A stretch of DNA of 10,554 nt from Amoeboradix gromovi X-113 (taxonomy: Eukaryota; Fungi; Sanchytriomycota): positions 1 through 10,554 of the forward strand of contig JADGIF010000342.1 in NCBI GenBank assembly GCA_018985225.1. Reading direction: 5' to 3'. Each line of letters opens with the position of its first letter. The first letter of the stretch is position 1. Below are positions 8,171 to 10,554 of the stretch, in pieces. Below the pieces are notes generated by a model that did no database searches, had not been told where the DNA came from, and was given only the letters and a program-made list of their open reading frames with translations. A program made the translations under genes and the position numbers.

Positions 8171-8404
8171 AATGATTATTTGCAACTTCGTAAAACATCA
8201 CTTTAAAAAACTAGATTTTATTTCACTCCTCCTACAGCTTTCCGCTCTTTTTAATATTCATGTACGCACCAGTTTCAATGTTTCTAGCGTAGCCATGGGC
8301 ATCTAAATTCGTGAATCACAAACATTGAGCAATCAATTTTAATATCATTGATTGGCCAGCAAGGAAAACAGATCAATTTAAGTTCCATTGCTCTTTCAGC
8401 TCTT

Positions 8405-10111
8405 ATGTTCCAACTACTAACTGTCATCATGGCTGACTATATTATGGCTACTCCTTGTGGGCGAGATAACCCTTCTGGTCCATATAAAGAGATTAAAACT
8501 CAAAAGGTAAATAAACAACAAGAAAATAATTTAACAAATCAACAACAAAAGTTTGATGACGTTAACTACACAGATGGTCCACATCGTGTGCCTTTGTGGC
8601 CGTGTAGAGCTGCCCCAAATATGACCAAACCTCATGTGTGGAAACGAGGGCAAGTGATCACAGTAGAAACCCAAGGCAACAACTACCATGCTGCTTATAT
8701 GGAGTTAAACTTGTTTAAAGGCAACTTAGTTCATCAAGCTCTTACACCCACAAAAACAGGTGCTGGGTTTTCAAGGTCTGGAACCACAATTACTATCCCA
8801 ATCGACTTTCCTACCTGTGGGAAATCGGACGGCTGTTTTCTTCAATTTCATTTGTACTCTAGAGAGCCGCGCAACTATGTAACCTGCGCCGATTTCGTTC
8901 TCGAAGGCGATGTTCCTGGTGTTAAAGCAGAAGTTAACAGTGATTGCCCATCTAGCTCGGGGTCTTCGAGTTCCAATGACTATTACAAGGTACAAACAAA
9001 AGGCCAAAATGCTACTCAGGTAGTCATAAACCCTGTCAAAGTTAAATCCAAAATGCAATCAGTTGTTCATTACAATGATGCACACGTATTTGATGAGGTA
9101 TCAATGGATTACGAGCCTTATGGTGGTCAGTCCAAATCATATCCACCTAGCGCTCTCAAAATGTGGGATCTAACTCTACCTGCTGAGCATGGCAGAAACG
9201 GAATCTTGAAGAATACAATTCCAGTAGCTGAAAGAAACGTAAAGAAGGCGTTCAGAAAAGTTATCGAAGAACTCAGAGATGCTGCTGAAATACCTTTTCG
9301 ATGTTATCAGACAATGCAAATTGAGGAATATTCTAAACAAATATATGATTTAAATGGAAAGCCTGCTCAGATGATGATGGAAAACAAAGGTACACTAAGC
9401 TCTATTGGCTATTATCCCGCTGCTAAGAACATTGCGTATAGTGCAAATTTGTATTATAAACCCACTCCTGGTGATTATTTCACTCCAGAACGTAGCATGC
9501 AGTTGTTAAGTAACCCGCTCATTAGAGAAGATACAACTACATACATCGACATAGTTGGCAAGTGCGTTGACCAGTTGCATGATTCTGTAATGAAACTGGC
9601 TAAATCAAATGTTGATGACAAGTTGGCAAATCCCAACGCAAAGTTAGGGGATACAGAAGCAGAAAAACAAAAGGTTTTACAAGTTTGTGCTGCGCAGATA
9701 CAGTCTGCAGGCTATAAATGTGGTACTACCACGAATTATAAGCCTTCTTCGAATCCGGATAATATGGACAATATGGATAACAAAGGACAAACAACAATGG
9801 AACGGAAAAAACCAGCACCTGGAAAACCTGCAGAAATTACACATCCAAAAAGAGCAATGGCTAAACAAGCAGCACCATCATCCGTACCAGCCATTCCCAC
9901 ACAGACACACGTCGCACCATCATCACCACCATTGTCGACACAGACATATGTAGCATCACCACCCCTGCCGACACAGACACACGCCACAACACCAGATGAA
10001 ATAGTACATCATTTTGATGATACTTTCATAGGACTTGGATCAAACACATACAGTGGATCATCCAAGTTAATCTGGAGTTCTCTACTTTTCATATCTTTGC
10101 AGTTTTATTAA
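8405..10111 (+). CDS. Secreted, probably GPI-anchored protein with an N-terminal LPMO-like fold, an unknown middle domain and a Pro/Thr/Ser linker (568 aa from ATG 8405)
   Basis: The first ATG gives a short hydrophobic signal, MFQLLTVIMA (the track's 8348 start is TTG). Then D-x-x-M-x-x-P-x-x-R, PC, G--I-V...H---ME-L, P...C....C-LQ...Y--CADF, as in LPMO-fold proteins. C-terminus has small residues plus the hydrophobic tail LIWSSLLFISLQFY. Confidence 0.75.
   Translation: MFQLLTVIMADYIMATPCGRDNPSGPYKEIKTQKVNKQQENNLTNQQQKFDDVNYTDGPHRVPLWPCRAAPNMTKPHVWKRGQVITVETQGNNYHAAYMELNLFKGNLVHQALTPTKTGAGFSRSGTTITIPIDFPTCGKSDGCFLQFHLYSREPRNYVTCADFVLEGDVPGVKAEVNSDCPSSSGSSSSNDYYKVQTKGQNATQVVINPVKVKSKMQSVVHYNDAHVFDEVSMDYEPYGGQSKSYPPSALKMWDLTLPAEHGRNGILKNTIPVAERNVKKAFRKVIEELRDAAEIPFRCYQTMQIEEYSKQIYDLNGKPAQMMMENKGTLSSIGYYPAAKNIAYSANLYYKPTPGDYFTPERSMQLLSNPLIREDTTTYIDIVGKCVDQLHDSVMKLAKSNVDDKLANPNAKLGDTEAEKQKVLQVCAAQIQSAGYKCGTTTNYKPSSNPDNMDNMDNKGQTTMERKKPAPGKPAEITHPKRAMAKQAAPSSVPAIPTQTHVAPSSPPLSTQTYVASPPLPTQTHATTPDEIVHHFDDTFIGLGSNTYSGSSKLIWSSLLFISLQFY
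9896..9985 (+). repeat. Three imperfect coding tandem repeats (PTQTHVAPSSPPL / STQTYVASPPL / PTQTHA)
   Basis: acacagaca core repeated three times in the linker region. Confidence 0.8.
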
Positions 10112-10366
10112 TAAACATGTTGACTAACCAACTAGATCCTCTTCAAAACATTTTTTCCATTTCGCGATATTACAGTTTCCTATATGGTGTGGTTTATTTG
10201 AAACAGCTTGACTATTTTCTTGAATAAATCATTTATCGCGAATTTGTATATATTTTTTTATATATTTTTGTATCATTTCAAGACTTTTCCAGATTTTCCT
10301 AATAGCTTAAACACTCGATATTCTTCCTTTTCGCAAATGGTAAATCAGTTCTAAAGAAATAATTAA

Positions 10367-10554
10367 CAGGTACAGCATACAAAGACGTATGATCTAATAT
10401 GCTTACCCTCGTTCAATACGAGCCAGATGCTAAGTAGCTTGTCGAGCAAGGTCGCAAGAAACATGGCCACAATGTCCCATTACACATTCAAGGAACGCTT
10501 GAAGTTCAAGTGTAAGCAAAGAGGAAAGACGATGGTCGAATGCAATAAAGTATT
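10367..10554 (+). mobile_element. Degenerate, 5'-truncated Fanzor2 / IS607-TnpB RuvC fragment running off the window edge
   Basis: Manual translation from 10367 gives QVQHTKTYDLICLPSFNTSQMLSSLSSKVARNMATMSHYTFKERLKFKCKQRGKTMVECNKV. This matches the pattern I recall for Fanzor2/IS607 TnpB: YD-I-LP-F-T--M...L-SK-AR-M-T-SHY-FK-RL--K----G-----NE-YTS. There is an upstream in-frame TAA at 10364 and no N-terminal part. Confidence 0.8.

Noticed and set aside
8348-8404. TTG start of the 587-aa ORF
   Set aside because: Eukaryotic gene; ATG 8405 places the signal peptide at the N-terminus.

Overview
AT-rich, compact eukaryotic DNA in the standard genetic code; an early-diverging fungus or holomycotan is my unconfirmed guess. 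There are five clear genes. Three are nucleolar ribosome-biogenesis factors, all on the minus strand: SSF1/PPAN, fibrillarin NOP1 and pescadillo NOP7. The others are a class I cyclic-nucleotide phosphodiesterase split by a 22-nt spliceosomal intron, and a secreted, probably GPI-anchored LPMO-fold protein with Asp in place of the N-terminal copper-binding His. The right edge holds a degenerate Fanzor2/IS607-TnpB RuvC fragment that the ORF track missed. The most striking unexplained pattern is an 11-nt motif, AGGA(C/A)AAA(A/C)CA, ending 3, 4 and 6 nt before the ATG of the three ribosome-biogenesis genes and absent at that position in the other two. This suggests a clustered, co-regulated ribosome-biogenesis regulon. 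All five genes carry AATAAA overlapping or abutting their stop codon. The long spacers read as broken coding-like sequence and remain largely unexplained.
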